The notes: generated from the sequence alone by a model not told the origin. 24,468 bases of DNA from Acutalibacteraceae bacterium (GCA_036308305.1 JAXJVX010000301.1:1-24468); one strand, 5' to 3'. Numbered from the stretch's first letter, positions 1 through 10,529 are shown. Program-made: numbers and translations.

Positions 1-108
1 CCAATAGTTACAGACCAAGTCCAACCGCCGGTTACCGACGAAATCGATCCCCCTAGTACCGAAGCGCCTGTGACGGACGCTGAAACCGAGCAGTCAGATG
101 CTGAATAA
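1..108 (+). CDS. 3' end of an upstream gene (partial), Pro/Thr/acidic low-complexity tail
   Basis: Frame 1 reads PIVTDQVQPPVTDEIDPPSTEAPVTDAETEQSDAE* and stops at TAA 106-108, overlapping the next ATG at 98. Confidence 0.6.
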   Translation, partial: PIVTDQVQPPVTDEIDPPSTEAPVTDAETEQSDAE

Positions 109-859
109 ACCTACAAAAATAAATCTGCTTGTCTGTGAAAATCTGCACGGCAAGCAGATTTATCTTTTTTTAAAAAAGCATTATAAGCATTGCACATTCC
201 GTCTGATATGCCCCGATGATATCCGAAATATGACGGCAAAACACGATGGTGTAACCGTGATAGTCGGCGGAATCAGCAACGGCGAGTGCGTGTATAAGGG
301 CGATATGCTCACGCTTGCGGTATTTGAGAAATTCGGGTTTTATGCCGAAGTTCACGACCGTGATGTATTATTTATAAATCTACCCAAAAGTGATGCTGAT
401 TACCAAAACCTCCTGCGTGTTATAGATTATGTAATTTTCAGCATCGGCGGTCAAGTGTCAAAAAGACGGCAGATTAATTGGTATTTGCTTATTGTAATAG
501 CAGCGGTTATTGCTGTTATTTTTGCTGTGCCTGAAAACCTTTGTGAGGTAAAGTACGGCAGTCATCGCACTCTGTTTTTGAATGTGGCACAATATGATAA
601 TGTAAGTGTTATAAAAAATCCGTGTTTTGGGAAAACATTGTATGATAAAATTGAGTTTGCCGAAACAGAATATCAATTTTGGGCACGGATAGATAAAAGT
701 GAGTATGATTTTTATCCATTTAAAAGCAGGATTGAATATATTAATAACACGATAATCAAAAACGCAACAATAAAAACAGCTTTTTCTGCAGATGAAAATG
801 ATAAAATTCTTGTAATTCTCTCTGACAACAGCATAACAGTCTATAAATCATCCGAATGA
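98..859 (+). CDS. Hypothetical single-pass membrane protein
   Basis: 253-aa ORF; KRRQ followed by a hydrophobic stretch WYLLIVIAAVIAVIFAV in mid-protein; no family recognised. Confidence 0.65.
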   Translation: MLNKPTKINLLVCENLHGKQIYLFLKKHYKHCTFRLICPDDIRNMTAKHDGVTVIVGGISNGECVYKGDMLTLAVFEKFGFYAEVHDRDVLFINLPKSDADYQNLLRVIDYVIFSIGGQVSKRRQINWYLLIVIAAVIAVIFAVPENLCEVKYGSHRTLFLNVAQYDNVSVIKNPCFGKTLYDKIEFAETEYQFWARIDKSEYDFYPFKSRIEYINNTIIKNATIKTAFSADENDKILVILSDNSITVYKSSE

Positions 860-868
860 GTGCCCTGC

Positions 869-902
869 TTCAGTCAATCAATCAATTGATTAATTGACTG
901 AA
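869..902. repeat. 34-bp near-perfect palindrome, copy 1 of 3 (putative operator)
   Basis: TTCAGTCAATCAATCAA|TTGATTAATTGACTGAA with one mismatched pair; near-identical to 14666-14695 and 14754-14781. Confidence 0.9.
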
Positions 903-1017
903 CTTTTCAAATGTCTTATAGCTGAAACAGCAGATTAATATCCCGTTCACCCACATCTGATAAGGGAAGCCTACCGGCTATCTATTTTCCGCAATAACGA
1001 AGGAATTTTGATTATAT

Positions 1018-1053
1018 AAAAGAACCCCGACTGTAATTATACAGTCGGGGTTC
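1018..1053 (-). terminator. Intrinsic terminator after gyrA
   Basis: 14-bp stem GAACCCCGACTGTA/TACAGTCGGGGTTC with a 4-nt loop; A-run at 1018-1021 gives the U-tail on the minus strand. Confidence 0.85.
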
Positions 1054-1072
1054 AAATTTATAATGTAATAAA

Positions 1073-3595
1073 TTATTCTTCATCCAGCGGCTTATCGGCT
1101 GCTTCCATTACTTCTTCAATGGCTGCCTCCAATCCGCTTTCAGTGCTTTCTGCCTTTTCTGCTTCTTCAGGCTGTTCTTCCTCTTTAGCGGCGGTCTCAA
1201 CGGTTATGATTCGCTCGCCTTCCTTGACTTTCATTACTCTTACACCCTTTGCAGGACGGGCAAATACACTTACCGAATCTACAGGTACACGAATAACGAC
1301 ACCATCAGACGATATCATCATCATATCCTCATCACCGTCTACCATGCAGATCTGTGCAACGTCACCGTACTTTTCAACACGGTAGTTGATAACACCCTTA
1401 CCGCCACGGGACTGACCTCTGTAATCATCCGGATCTGACCGTCTGCCATATCCGGTCTCGGTAATAGTAAGCAAAGTTGCACCCTCACGCACGATTGCCA
1501 TACCGATGACCTCGTCGCCCTCACGCAGCGATATAGCACGCACGCCCCTTGCAGTTCTGCCGAGCGGTCGTGCATCCTTTTCATTGAAGCGGATAGCGTA
1601 GCCCTTCTTGGTCGCAACGATAAGATCATCATTACCGCTCGTCATTCTTACCCAACGAAGTTCATCACCCTCGTCAAGATTAACAGCGTTAAGACCACCC
1701 TTGCGGTTAGTCTTATAAACTGCAAGCTCGCTACGCTTGATAACACCGTTTTTGGTGCCCATTACGATATATTTATCTTCATCATCGGCGGTGACTTTAA
1801 GCATTGTAGTAATCTTTTCGCCTGCCTCAAGCGGTAAAAGATTGATAATATTCAGACCCTTTGAAGTACGGGAGCCCTCAGGCACTATATACGCCTTCTG
1901 GCGGTAAACTCTGCCGAAAGTAGAGAAGTACATTATATTATCGTGAGTTGAGCAGACAAACATATGCTCTGCATAGTCCTCCTCACGGGTGGTCATACCA
2001 ATGATACCTCTGCCGCCTCTGCGCTGTGCATGGTATGTATCTACCGGCAGGCGCTTAATATAACCCATCTTTGTAAGCGTGAGAACGCACTCCTCCTCGG
2101 GGATAAGATCCTCGATATCAACTTCGCCCTCAACAGCGGTGATCTCCGTTCTGCGTTCATCAGCATACTTATCACGAAGCTTGAGCGCTTCTTCCTTAAC
2201 TGTTTGAAGAATTCTATGCTCGTTTGCAAGCAAATCTTCGAAATCGGCGATCTTCAAACGCAATGCGCCGAGCTCATCCTCTATCTTCTGTCTTTCAAGA
2301 CCGGTAAGACGTCCAAGCGGCATTTCAACGATCTTCTGCGCCTGAATATCGTCAAGCGGGAATCGCTCTGTTAAATTTACCTTTGCCTCGGCAACGGTTT
2401 TTGACGCACGGATAACCTTGATCACTTCGTCGATAAAATCAAGTGCTATCTTGTAGCCCTCAAGGATATGCTCTCTCTCTCTTGCTTTTTTGAGGTCAAA
2501 TATAGTTCTTCTGCGGATGACCTCCTCCTGATACTTGATATACTCGGAAAGCATCTGCTTAAGATTGAGCACCTTCGGCACACCGTTTACAAGCGCAAGC
2601 ATAATAACACCGAAGGTAGTCTGAAGTTGAGTATATGAATAAAGCTGATTCAACACAACTGTAGGATTTACATCCTTTTTAAGTTCAACAACTATTTTCA
2701 TACCCTCACGGTTAGAATAGTCTACAACATCGTCGATACCCTCGATACGCTTTGAATCGGCAAGGTCTGCGATAGATTTAACGAGCGCAGTCTTATTTAC
2801 CTGATATGGTATTTCCGTGATAACAATGCGGAATTTATTTGACTTTATCTCTTCGATCTCGGCTCTGCCTCTTACACAAAGTTTGCCTCGTCCGGTGGAA
2901 TATGCAGCACGGATACCCGATTTACCCATGATTATACCTGCAGTTGGAAAATCAGGGCCGGGCATTATCTCATTAAGCTCGTCAAATGTGATATCGGGGT
3001 TGTCGATATATGCTGCCATGCAGTCGATGACCTCGGCAATATTGTGTGGCGGAATATTTGTTGCCATACCTACCGCAATACCCTGTGAGCCGTTGATAAG
3101 AAGCGACGGAACTCTTGACGGAAGAGTTACCGGCTCTTGAAGACGGTCATCGTAGTTAGGCATATAATCAACGGTATCCTTGTCGATATCGGCAAGCATA
3201 TCAACCGCCATTTTGCTCATTTTTGCCTCAGTATAACGGTATGCAGCCGGCGGGTCACCGTCGACCGAACCAAAGTTACCGTTGCCGTCGACCATCATAT
3301 AACGCAACGAGAAATCCTGCGCCATACGAACAAGTGCATCATAAACTGAGCTGTCACCGTGGGGATGATATGAACCGAGCACCGCACCGACAATATCCGC
3401 ACACTTACGGTATGCTCCCTCAGGATTAAGTCCTCGCTCATACATTGTGTAAAGTATTCTTCTGTGTACCGGCTTGAGTCCGTCACGCACATCAGGCAGC
3501 GCACGGCTTACGATTACCGACATTGAATAGGTCAAAAATGACCTTTCCATTTCGTCAATAATTTCAACCGGAATTATTTTTTCTTCAAAGCTCAA
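1073..3595 (-). CDS. gyrA: DNA gyrase subunit A
   Basis: [33 protein letters not shown] catalytic Tyr, GyrA-box QRRGGRG, acidic tail; TTG start with AGGTGA RBS. Confidence 0.98.
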   Translation of the reverse strand: MSFEEKIIPVEIIDEMERSFLTYSMSVIVSRALPDVRDGLKPVHRRILYTMYERGLNPEGAYRKCADIVGAVLGSYHPHGDSSVYDALVRMAQDFSLRYMMVDGNGNFGSVDGDPPAAYRYTEAKMSKMAVDMLADIDKDTVDYMPNYDDRLQEPVTLPSRVPSLLINGSQGIAVGMATNIPPHNIAEVIDCMAAYIDNPDITFDELNEIMPGPDFPTAGIIMGKSGIRAAYSTGRGKLCVRGRAEIEEIKSNKFRIVITEIPYQVNKTALVKSIADLADSKRIEGIDDVVDYSNREGMKIVVELKKDVNPTVVLNQLYSYTQLQTTFGVIMLALVNGVPKVLNLKQMLSEYIKYQEEVIRRRTIFDLKKAREREHILEGYKIALDFIDEVIKVIRASKTVAEAKVNLTERFPLDDIQAQKIVEMPLGRLTGLERQKIEDELGALRLKIADFEDLLANEHRILQTVKEEALKLRDKYADERRTEITAVEGEVDIEDLIPEEECVLTLTKMGYIKRLPVDTYHAQRRGGRGIIGMTTREEDYAEHMFVCSTHDNIMYFSTFGRVYRQKAYIVPEGSRTSKGLNIINLLPLEAGEKITTMLKVTADDEDKYIVMGTKNGVIKRSELAVYKTNRKGGLNAVNLDEGDELRWVRMTSGNDDLIVATKKGYAIRFNEKDARPLGRTARGVRAISLREGDEVIGMAIVREGATLLTITETGYGRRSDPDDYRGQSRGGKGVINYRVEKYGDVAQICMVDGDEDMMMISSDGVVIRVPVDSVSVFARPAKGVRVMKVKEGERIITVETAAKEEEQPEEAEKAESTESGLEAAIEEVMEAADKPLDEE

Positions 3596-3607
3596 AATTT
3601 TTCACCT

Positions 3608-4081
3608 TTACTTCTCTACAATTTCGATTATTCTCTCGGCAAAGCTGCCGTCAACTTTTGGAAAAACAAAAATCTTATTGTTATTCTGCATAAGACAGAT
3701 CAATTTTTCATCTGCCTTTACTTTCACTGTGGTTTCCTTATCGATACGGGTAGTAACTCCGCTTGATACTACGGTATATTCAATATGCTCATCGGCGATT
3801 TCGGCGTGTATCTCCTCGTTTGTAAAAGCGCCTTCGATCGTTTCCTTTTCAAACCGCCGATAACCGAAAAACATTACAAGTACCATAAGTATCAGCATTA
3901 TCCATATGATATAGCGCGGCTCTGAGTTGTATATAAGCATACTTGCAACATCTAAACCCACAAACAGCGCTACTGCTGCAGCAACCAGTGCCATTTTAAG
4001 CTTGTACGGCTTTAAAACACGGCAGATATACAGCGCAGACCTGACTTCATCACGATCCAGCGTAAAATTTATGCTGCTCAT
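3608..4081 (-). CDS. Small two-TM membrane protein, YcxB-like architecture
   Basis: 157 aa; two N-terminal hydrophobic helices, then a beta-rich domain ending IFVFPK; ATGA overlap with the gyrB stop. Confidence 0.7.
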   Translation of the reverse strand: MSSINFTLDRDEVRSALYICRVLKPYKLKMALVAAAVALFVGLDVASMLIYNSEPRYIIWIMLILMVLVMFFGYRRFEKETIEGAFTNEEIHAEIADEHIEYTVVSSGVTTRIDKETTVKVKADEKLICLMQNNNKIFVFPKVDGSFAERIIEIVEK

Positions 4082-6048
4082 ATATCAAGCTCGCCTACAT
4101 ACTGGGCATTCGTCTCAATAAATTCCTTACGCGGCTCGACCTCATCACCCATAAGCACCGAAAATACCTTATCTGCCTTTTCGGCATCTACCATATTTAC
4201 TTTGAGCATGGTTCTGAAAGCAGGATCCATAGTAGTTTCCCAAAGAAGCTCTGCATTCATTTCACCAAGACCCTTAAATCGCTGAATAGTTGCGTTGCCG
4301 CCCATTTCAGCATTATAACGATCTCGCTCTGCTTCATCAAAAGCATACTTTTTCTGCTTACCCTTGCGTACCTCAAAAAGAGGAGGCTGTGCAATATAAA
4401 CATGTCCTGTTTCGATAAGTTGCGGCATATAACGGAAGAAGAAGGTAAGCAAAAGTGTACGGATATGCATACCGTCGACATCCGCATCCGCCATGATTAT
4501 AACCTTATCATAACGGAGCTTTTCAATATTAAATGTGTCACCGATGCCAGTTCCAAGAGCGATAACTACCGGTGTGAGCTTATCATTACCGTAAACCTTA
4601 TCAATTCTTGCTTTTTCAACATTCAGCATCTTACCCCAAAGCGGTAGAATCGCCTGATAATTACTATCTCTGCCAGCCTTTGCAGAACCGCCTGCCGAGT
4701 CACCCTCGACGATATAAAGCTCAGTTCGTGTTGCATCACGGGAGATGCAATCAGCCAGCTTGTCCGGCATTCTTGTTTTACCGATGCCGCTGTTTTTAGC
4801 ACGCTCCATCTCACGTGCTTTCTGTGCTTTTTCACGGGCATTTGAAGCAGCAATGATCTTTGAAATTATCTGCTTTGCAATGCTAGGATTGTTTTCAAGA
4901 TAGTCACCGAGCACAGTATTCATTGCACCGTTTACAAGTGTTCCTATATATGTGTTACCGAGTTTTGCTTTGGTCTGACCCTCAAACTGTGCATCGGTCA
5001 GCTTTACGCTGATAACTGCGATAAGACCCTCTTGAACATCGTCACCCTTGAAATTTGAATCATTGTCCTTGAGCATCTTGAACTGACGAGCATAGTTATT
5101 TATAACTCTTGTGAGTGAAGTTTTAAATGCAGATTCGTGAGTACCGCCGTCAACAGTATGAATATTGTTGGCAAAGCTGATGATATTTGTATCATAACCT
5201 GTGTTGTACTGAAGTGCTATCTCGACCATTGCGTCGCCCTTTCTTTGAGCAACATATATGACCTCGTCGTGAAGCGGTGTGCTGCGCTTCTTTTCAAGTA
5301 TAAATTCACAATAGCTCTTGATACCGCCCTCAAAATGCAGAGTATCCTTTCTTGCATTGCCGTTATCATCCTTTTCAGGCTCATCACGCAGATCCGAAAG
5401 TGTTATCTTGATACCTGCATTAAGAAATGCCTGCTCACGAAGTCTTGTAAGAAGCGTGGTATAATCGTAAACTGTTGTATCGGTAAATATTTCGGGATCG
5501 GGCTTAAAGGTAACTGTAGTACCGGTTTCCTCACATTCTCCGATAACCTTCAGATCACCTACCGGCGCACCGTATTCAAATCGTTGCTGATGGATCTTAC
5601 CTTCTTTTCTTACCTCAACCTCAAGCCATGTGGAAAGAGCGTTAACGACCGATGAACCAACACCGTGAAGACCGCCGGAAACCTTATAACCTGAGCCGCC
5701 GAATTTACCGCCTGCATGAAGCACGGTAAATACAACTGTAACAGCCGGAAGTCCCATTTTTTCCTGAATATCAACGGGTATTCCTCGTCCGTTATCACGA
5801 ACACGGATAATATTACCTTCAAGAATATCTACTTCAATATGGGTACAGTAGCCTGCAAGTGCCTCGTCGATCGAGTTATCAACGATCTCATATACAAGGT
5901 GGTGCAAGCCTCTCTCACCGGTCGAACCGATATACATACCCGGTCTTTTTCTTACCGCTTCAAGTCCTTCAAGTACTTGAATGGCGCTGGCGTCATATTC
6001 CTGTTCCACCTGCGTGTCAAGTATGTTTTCGTTATTTTCCAAAATCAA
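4078..6048 (-). CDS. gyrB: DNA gyrase subunit B
   Basis: [46 protein letters not shown] motifs; true start may be TTG at 6042 given the AGGAGA RBS spacing. Confidence 0.98.
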   Translation of the reverse strand: MILENNENILDTQVEQEYDASAIQVLEGLEAVRKRPGMYIGSTGERGLHHLVYEIVDNSIDEALAGYCTHIEVDILEGNIIRVRDNGRGIPVDIQEKMGLPAVTVVFTVLHAGGKFGGSGYKVSGGLHGVGSSVVNALSTWLEVEVRKEGKIHQQRFEYGAPVGDLKVIGECEETGTTVTFKPDPEIFTDTTVYDYTTLLTRLREQAFLNAGIKITLSDLRDEPEKDDNGNARKDTLHFEGGIKSYCEFILEKKRSTPLHDEVIYVAQRKGDAMVEIALQYNTGYDTNIISFANNIHTVDGGTHESAFKTSLTRVINNYARQFKMLKDNDSNFKGDDVQEGLIAVISVKLTDAQFEGQTKAKLGNTYIGTLVNGAMNTVLGDYLENNPSIAKQIISKIIAASNAREKAQKAREMERAKNSGIGKTRMPDKLADCISRDATRTELYIVEGDSAGGSAKAGRDSNYQAILPLWGKMLNVEKARIDKVYGNDKLTPVVIALGTGIGDTFNIEKLRYDKVIIMADADVDGMHIRTLLLTFFFRYMPQLIETGHVYIAQPPLFEVRKGKQKKYAFDEAERDRYNAEMGGNATIQRFKGLGEMNAELLWETTMDPAFRTMLKVNMVDAEKADKVFSVLMGDEVEPRKEFIETNAQYVGELDI

Positions 6049-6314
6049 TAATCTCCTTTCGGCAAAAAGCTTTTTGCCCTTTTTTCAAGAGTTGCAGAGG
6101 ATATCTGCGATATATAAACCGTCTCCTTGTTATCCTTGCTGCAAACAACAAAGGATTTCGGTAACTCATAGCTTACATAAGTAAGTCTGCCGCTTTTTTC
6201 GCTGTTATTAAGATAGTTGCGGGAAGCCTTTGATACAGTCGTTGTGTCGATATCAAAAACACCGATTATATCTTCGTTTTTTACCACAACATCTCCGCCG
6301 AGATATAAATACAT
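6045..6314 (-). CDS. remB: RemB/DUF370-family small protein
   Basis: [35 protein letters not shown]; canonical position between recF and gyrB. Confidence 0.85.
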   Translation of the reverse strand: MYLYLGGDVVVKNEDIIGVFDIDTTTVSKASRNYLNNSEKSGRLTYVSYELPKSFVVCSKDNKETVYISQISSATLEKRAKSFLPKGDY

Positions 6315-6316
6315 AG

Positions 6317-7408
6317 CTAGTCCTCACTCAATACACCTGCGTGCATTCTGAATTTTCCGCCGTGCTCCATATATTTAACGGTATCGGACTCACAGCAGGT
6401 GATAAATACCTGCCATCCTCTTATATGATTCAATATGTAATCCTGCCGTACTCTGTCAAGCTCACTCATAACATCATCAAGTATCGCTATAGGCTGCTCT
6501 CCTGTATATTTTTTAAGCAGCTCCGCTTCACTGAGCTTAAGTGCAAGCACACAAGATCGCTTTTGACCCTGTGAACCGTATATTTTTGCAGAAAGACCGT
6601 TTATTGAAAAATCAATATCATCTCTGTGCGGACCAACTCCCGTTGTAGAAGTTTTGGTATCCTCCGCACGGTTAAGACGCAATGCATCAAGCAGTTCCTC
6701 ATAGCTACCCTCACCGCAGCCGCATTTATATTCAATACCGATATCTTCGGTATCTCCGGAAAGACCCCTGTAAATATCAGGCGCATAACTCATCAGCGCT
6801 TCGATATACTTTTTTCGCTGCGATATTATATAAGCGCCTGCTGTGGCAATACGATCCTCAAATGCTTCTAAAACACCCGTAAGCTCCGAATGAAACAGTG
6901 CATCATATAAAATATTATTACGCTGCAGTACTGCTTTGTTATATGCTGAAAGCATTTTTTCATATTTCGGGCGAAGTGAGCTTATTGCATTATCGATAAA
7001 TTTTCTTCTCTGTGACGGACCTTCCTTAATAAGATCCATATCAGCTGGAGAAAACAAAATTGCAGGAAAGCACTCCGAAATCGCCGCAGAATTTTTCTGC
7101 TCAATACCGTTTAGACGGGTATTACGCTTATTTTCAATGATTATTTCCGCATCCTGATATCTGCCCTGTGAGTAAAATTCAAGCTTTAATTCTGCTTTTA
7201 AATTTTCTGTTTCCTCATGAATTTTTACAAGCTGACTGTCCTTTGCGCTACGGAAGCTTTTTTTCCCGCAAAACAGCCATATTGCCTCTATAAGATTTGT
7301 CTTTCCTTGAGCATTATTACCGTATATCACATTTATTTCCTTGTGAGGAATAAATATGCCCTTTTCAAGGTTACGATAATTTTCATACTCTAATTTTTTT
7401 ATAAACAT
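6317..7408 (-). CDS. recF: DNA replication/repair protein RecF
   Basis: Walker A GNNAQGKTN, GPHRDD, GSQGQKR, LDDVMSELD. Confidence 0.97.
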   Translation of the reverse strand: MFIKKLEYENYRNLEKGIFIPHKEINVIYGNNAQGKTNLIEAIWLFCGKKSFRSAKDSQLVKIHEETENLKAELKLEFYSQGRYQDAEIIIENKRNTRLNGIEQKNSAAISECFPAILFSPADMDLIKEGPSQRRKFIDNAISSLRPKYEKMLSAYNKAVLQRNNILYDALFHSELTGVLEAFEDRIATAGAYIISQRKKYIEALMSYAPDIYRGLSGDTEDIGIEYKCGCGEGSYEELLDALRLNRAEDTKTSTTGVGPHRDDIDFSINGLSAKIYGSQGQKRSCVLALKLSEAELLKKYTGEQPIAILDDVMSELDRVRQDYILNHIRGWQVFITCCESDTVKYMEHGGKFRMHAGVLSED

Positions 7409-7409
7409 A

Positions 7410-7613
7410 TCAGTTTACTTCAATAATTTCCGAAAATGCTGAAACCTTGTCACCGGGGCGTATTTTTTTACCTCTTTGGGTACATACCTCGCCGTTGACC
7501 TTGACATCTCCGTTTTGAATTATTATTTTTGCCTGACCGCCGGTCATTGCAATGCCGGATAATTTTAAGAGCGAATCAAGCTTTATAAATTCGGTATCTA
7601 TTCTTATATTCAT
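7410..7613 (-). CDS. yaaA: S4-domain RNA-binding protein YaaA
   Basis: EFIKLDSLLK..TGGQAK..VKVNGEVCTQRGKKIRPGD; start placed at ATG 7613 behind GGAG at 7621-7624. Confidence 0.92.
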   Translation of the reverse strand: MNIRIDTEFIKLDSLLKLSGIAMTGGQAKIIIQNGDVKVNGEVCTQRGKKIRPGDKVSAFSEIIEVN

Positions 7614-7614
7614 A

Positions 7615-8727
7615 TTATTGCTCCGCTGCAAGTCTTATAGGAAGAATAAGGAAAAGAAAATCATCACCCTCAAGCGGTTTTATAATAATCGGTGCTGTTG
7701 GATTTGAACTTATTTCTATTCTTACTTTGTCACAACCCGAAGCACGCAATGCATCGGTAAAATATCTGTTATCAAAATTTATTTCAACGGGATTTCCATT
7801 GATCTCACAATCAACAAAATCACTTGCTTTTCCAAGCGCAGTTGAACAGCGAATAAAAGCTCTGCCTTCATCAAAGGTACAACGTACTGCTGATTTTAAT
7901 TTTTCAGAAATAAAAAGTCCCATTCTTTCAACGGATCTAATCATATCACTGCATGAGCATATTACTGTTGTGCTGCAATCCTTATGAATAACTGAATTAT
8001 AATCAAGAAACTCACCGTCGATAAGGCGTGATATTAACAGATAATTACCAACCTTAAAGGAAATGTGGCGGTCATCTGCAAATATTTCAACATTTTCATC
8101 CTCTTCACCTATGAGCTTCAATATCTCATTAAGTGTTTTTGACGGAATAATGAAATTTTCGTTGATATCAGTTATTATCTGTTCGTTGCGGAGTGCAAGA
8201 CGGTGACCGTCTACCGCTACAAGACGGATAGAATCATTCCTGACCTCAAAAAGAATTCCGGTATAAACAGGCTTTGTTCCTTCAACACTTGAAACAGAGA
8301 AAATAGTCTGCGAAACCATACTTCTTAATACTTCACTTGAAATAGTAAAGTTTATCTTATCTTCAAAGCTCGGAAGTTCAGGATATTCAACAGCTTCTAT
8401 ACCCATTATTGAAAATTCCGACTGACCTGCAATTATATTTATTGCAAGATTGTCATCAACAGCAACACTTATAATATCAGCGTCTGCCTTTCTTATGATA
8501 TCACCGAAAAGCTTTGCACCTACAACTACACTGCCTTCCTCGGTTACATTTGCTTCAACAGTAGTTTTGATAGCAATTTCAAGATCGTAGCCCGTAAGCA
8601 GTATACTGTCACCGTCAGTGCTTATAAGGATACCTTCAAGCGCTGATAAGGAGGATTTTGAAGATACTGCACGCTGAACATTTACAACTGCATCGCGAAG
8701 TGCATTTGTATTAATGCTAAATTTCAT
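7615..8727 (-). CDS. dnaN: DNA polymerase III beta sliding clamp
   Basis: 370 aa; VAVDGHRLA, SRLIDGEF, C-terminal LILPIR; immediately downstream of dnaA. Confidence 0.97.
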   Translation of the reverse strand: MKFSINTNALRDAVVNVQRAVSSKSSLSALEGILISTDGDSILLTGYDLEIAIKTTVEANVTEEGSVVVGAKLFGDIIRKADADIISVAVDDNLAINIIAGQSEFSIMGIEAVEYPELPSFEDKINFTISSEVLRSMVSQTIFSVSSVEGTKPVYTGILFEVRNDSIRLVAVDGHRLALRNEQIITDINENFIIPSKTLNEILKLIGEEDENVEIFADDRHISFKVGNYLLISRLIDGEFLDYNSVIHKDCSTTVICSCSDMIRSVERMGLFISEKLKSAVRCTFDEGRAFIRCSTALGKASDFVDCEINGNPVEINFDNRYFTDALRASGCDKVRIEISSNPTAPIIIKPLEGDDFLFLILPIRLAAEQ

Positions 8728-9100
8728 AAGCCAAAACTCCTTTTATGGAAAATATATATTATTGACCGAAAAACTATAAAATATTCACGGATCAAAACAA
8801 AATAAATCATTATATAATTATATTCGTAACAGTAATCCATGTTGAAAATGTGGAAAAGCTTTTTAAATCGTTTTAAATAAAGCTGTAAAGCCACATTTTC
8901 GTATGTTGATTTTTAATTGACGGATAGTTGAAAATTACAAGCTGATTTTTGTTTTCAACAACCTTAACTTTACGCTAATGTTGAATGTTATAATTCTTAT
9001 GGAAAAACCTTAAAATTGTGGAAAAGTATATGGAAAGTGTGTAAAATTGCCGATAAAATAAGGGTTTTTAAGGTGTGGAAAACTTATTTTCGGTCGATTT
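8728..9100. other. oriC: Replication origin oriC (dnaA-dnaN intergenic)
   Basis: AT-rich non-coding region. TGTGGAAAA at 8849, 9017, 9074; TATGGAAAA at 8744, 8998; TGTTGAAAA at 8840; TTTTCAACA at 8952; TGTGTAAAA at 9038; trio-like/AT-rich tract at about 8790-8835. Confidence 0.85.
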
Positions 9101-10396
9101 TTATCGATTTTCAAGATTTTGGATGATATCCTTTATCCTATTTTTTTCCTTGGGATTTTTCTTAATAAGCTGCTCTACCTGACGGTAAGAATAAATAACC
9201 GTGGTATAATCTCTGCCGCTGAATTCCTTACCTATTTTCTGATAGGTCATCTTGGTTATCTCACGAACTATATAGATAGCTATCTGGCGTGCATTTGAAA
9301 CCTCACGGTCATGCTTTGCACTCATAATGTCATCATAAGAAACATTATAAACTCTTGAAACCTCTTCAATTATCTTTTTAACGGTAACTGGTTCGGGCTG
9401 ATTATCATTTCTTATATCACGGATAGCAATCTGCGCTGAAGAGAGTGAAATACTTTCATTAATGAGTGAAAAAGCCTGAAGTTTTTTTACAACTCCCTCA
9501 AGCTGACGGATGTTGCTCTTTATCTGATCAGCGATAAAGAAAACTATTTCGTCGGGAAGGTCAATGTTGATGAGCTGTGCTTTTCTTCTTATAATAGCAA
9601 CTCTTGTTTCAAATTCGGGAGGTTGAATATCAGCAATAAGACCCTGCTCGAAACGACTCAGATATCTCTCTTTAAGTGATGCAATATCTCTCGGCATACG
9701 GTCACTGGTTACGATTATCTGCTTGTTATTTGCAAAAAGTGTATTAAAGGTGTTGAAGAATTCAACTTCTGTTGATTCCTTACCGGAAATAAATTGAATA
9801 TCGTCAACAAGTAAATAATCTGCATTTCTGTATTTTTCACGGAACTGATTGATAGTTCCGTTATTAAGTGAATAGATAAACTCATTTACAAAAGCCTCAC
9901 AGCTTAACGAAATAACCACTCTGTCAGGGAATTTTTCATTGATCCGTGAACGGATAGCGTTAAGCAAATGTGTTTTGCCTAATCCCGGATTACCATATAT
10001 GTAAAGAGGATTGTAGATTATTTCAGGTGTTTCCGCAACAGCAAGTGCTGCTGCGTGTGCAAAACGGTTTGAAGATCCTACAATAAAGGTTTCAAAGGTG
10101 TATTCATAATGCGGAGCTTTGATAGGCATCTGCGGTGCAACAAACGCTTCATCAGCAGTAATTATTTTAACATTCACATGGAATTTCATTACATCAAGAA
10201 AAGCCTCTTTAAGCAGATCCTCATAATTCTCAATAATTATTTTTTTATGAAATTCCGATTTGATGCGGAGTGTTGCTTCATTTCCTGTTATATCAACAAG
10301 TTCAAGCCCTGCAAGCCAGGTATCATAGGTAACAATATTTATCCTGTCTTTTAAATATTCTGTAATGGCTTGCCACACTTCTTTTAACGAATTCAT
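9101..10396 (-). CDS. dnaA: Chromosomal replication initiator DnaA
   Basis: YTFETFIVGSSNRFAHAAA, YNPLYIYGNPGLGKTHLL, LLVDDIQF, NIRQLEG; domain IV GRDYTTV. Confidence 0.98.
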   Translation of the reverse strand: MNSLKEVWQAITEYLKDRINIVTYDTWLAGLELVDITGNEATLRIKSEFHKKIIIENYEDLLKEAFLDVMKFHVNVKIITADEAFVAPQMPIKAPHYEYTFETFIVGSSNRFAHAAALAVAETPEIIYNPLYIYGNPGLGKTHLLNAIRSRINEKFPDRVVISLSCEAFVNEFIYSLNNGTINQFREKYRNADYLLVDDIQFISGKESTEVEFFNTFNTLFANNKQIIVTSDRMPRDIASLKERYLSRFEQGLIADIQPPEFETRVAIIRRKAQLINIDLPDEIVFFIADQIKSNIRQLEGVVKKLQAFSLINESISLSSAQIAIRDIRNDNQPEPVTVKKIIEEVSRVYNVSYDDIMSAKHDREVSNARQIAIYIVREITKMTYQKIGKEFSGRDYTTVIYSYRQVEQLIKKNPKEKNRIKDIIQNLENR

Positions 10397-10470
10397 TTTT
10401 TAATATTCCCTTTCCCATGTTTTTTAATTTAAGAGCCATTTATCTGTCAAATTATCACTAAATACAGCAT

Positions 10471-10529
10471 TTATCCATATTAACTCATTATGATATTAAT
10501 ATTTTATCACAAAAGCTTCTTGTTTTCAA
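10471..10529 (-). promoter_or_regulatory. SigA-type dnaA promoter with a downstream DnaA-box-like site
   Basis: Minus strand TTGAAA (10524-10529) - 17 bp - TAAAAT (10501-10506) with TG extension; TTATCCATA at 10471-10479. Confidence 0.6.

Noticed and set aside
882..956. Short minus-strand ORF MWVNGILICCFSYKTFEKFSQLIN
   Set aside because: 24 codons, no RBS, and it ends inside the palindrome; likely spurious.
3340..3370. Possible quinolone-resistance substitution in GyrA
   Set aside because: The QRDR reads HGDSSVYD, with Ser and Asp at the usual positions.
1119..7987. Many 60-170 aa antisense or off-frame ORFs over gyrA, gyrB, recF and dnaN
   Set aside because: Shadow ORFs of well-conserved genes, with no motifs or RBS.
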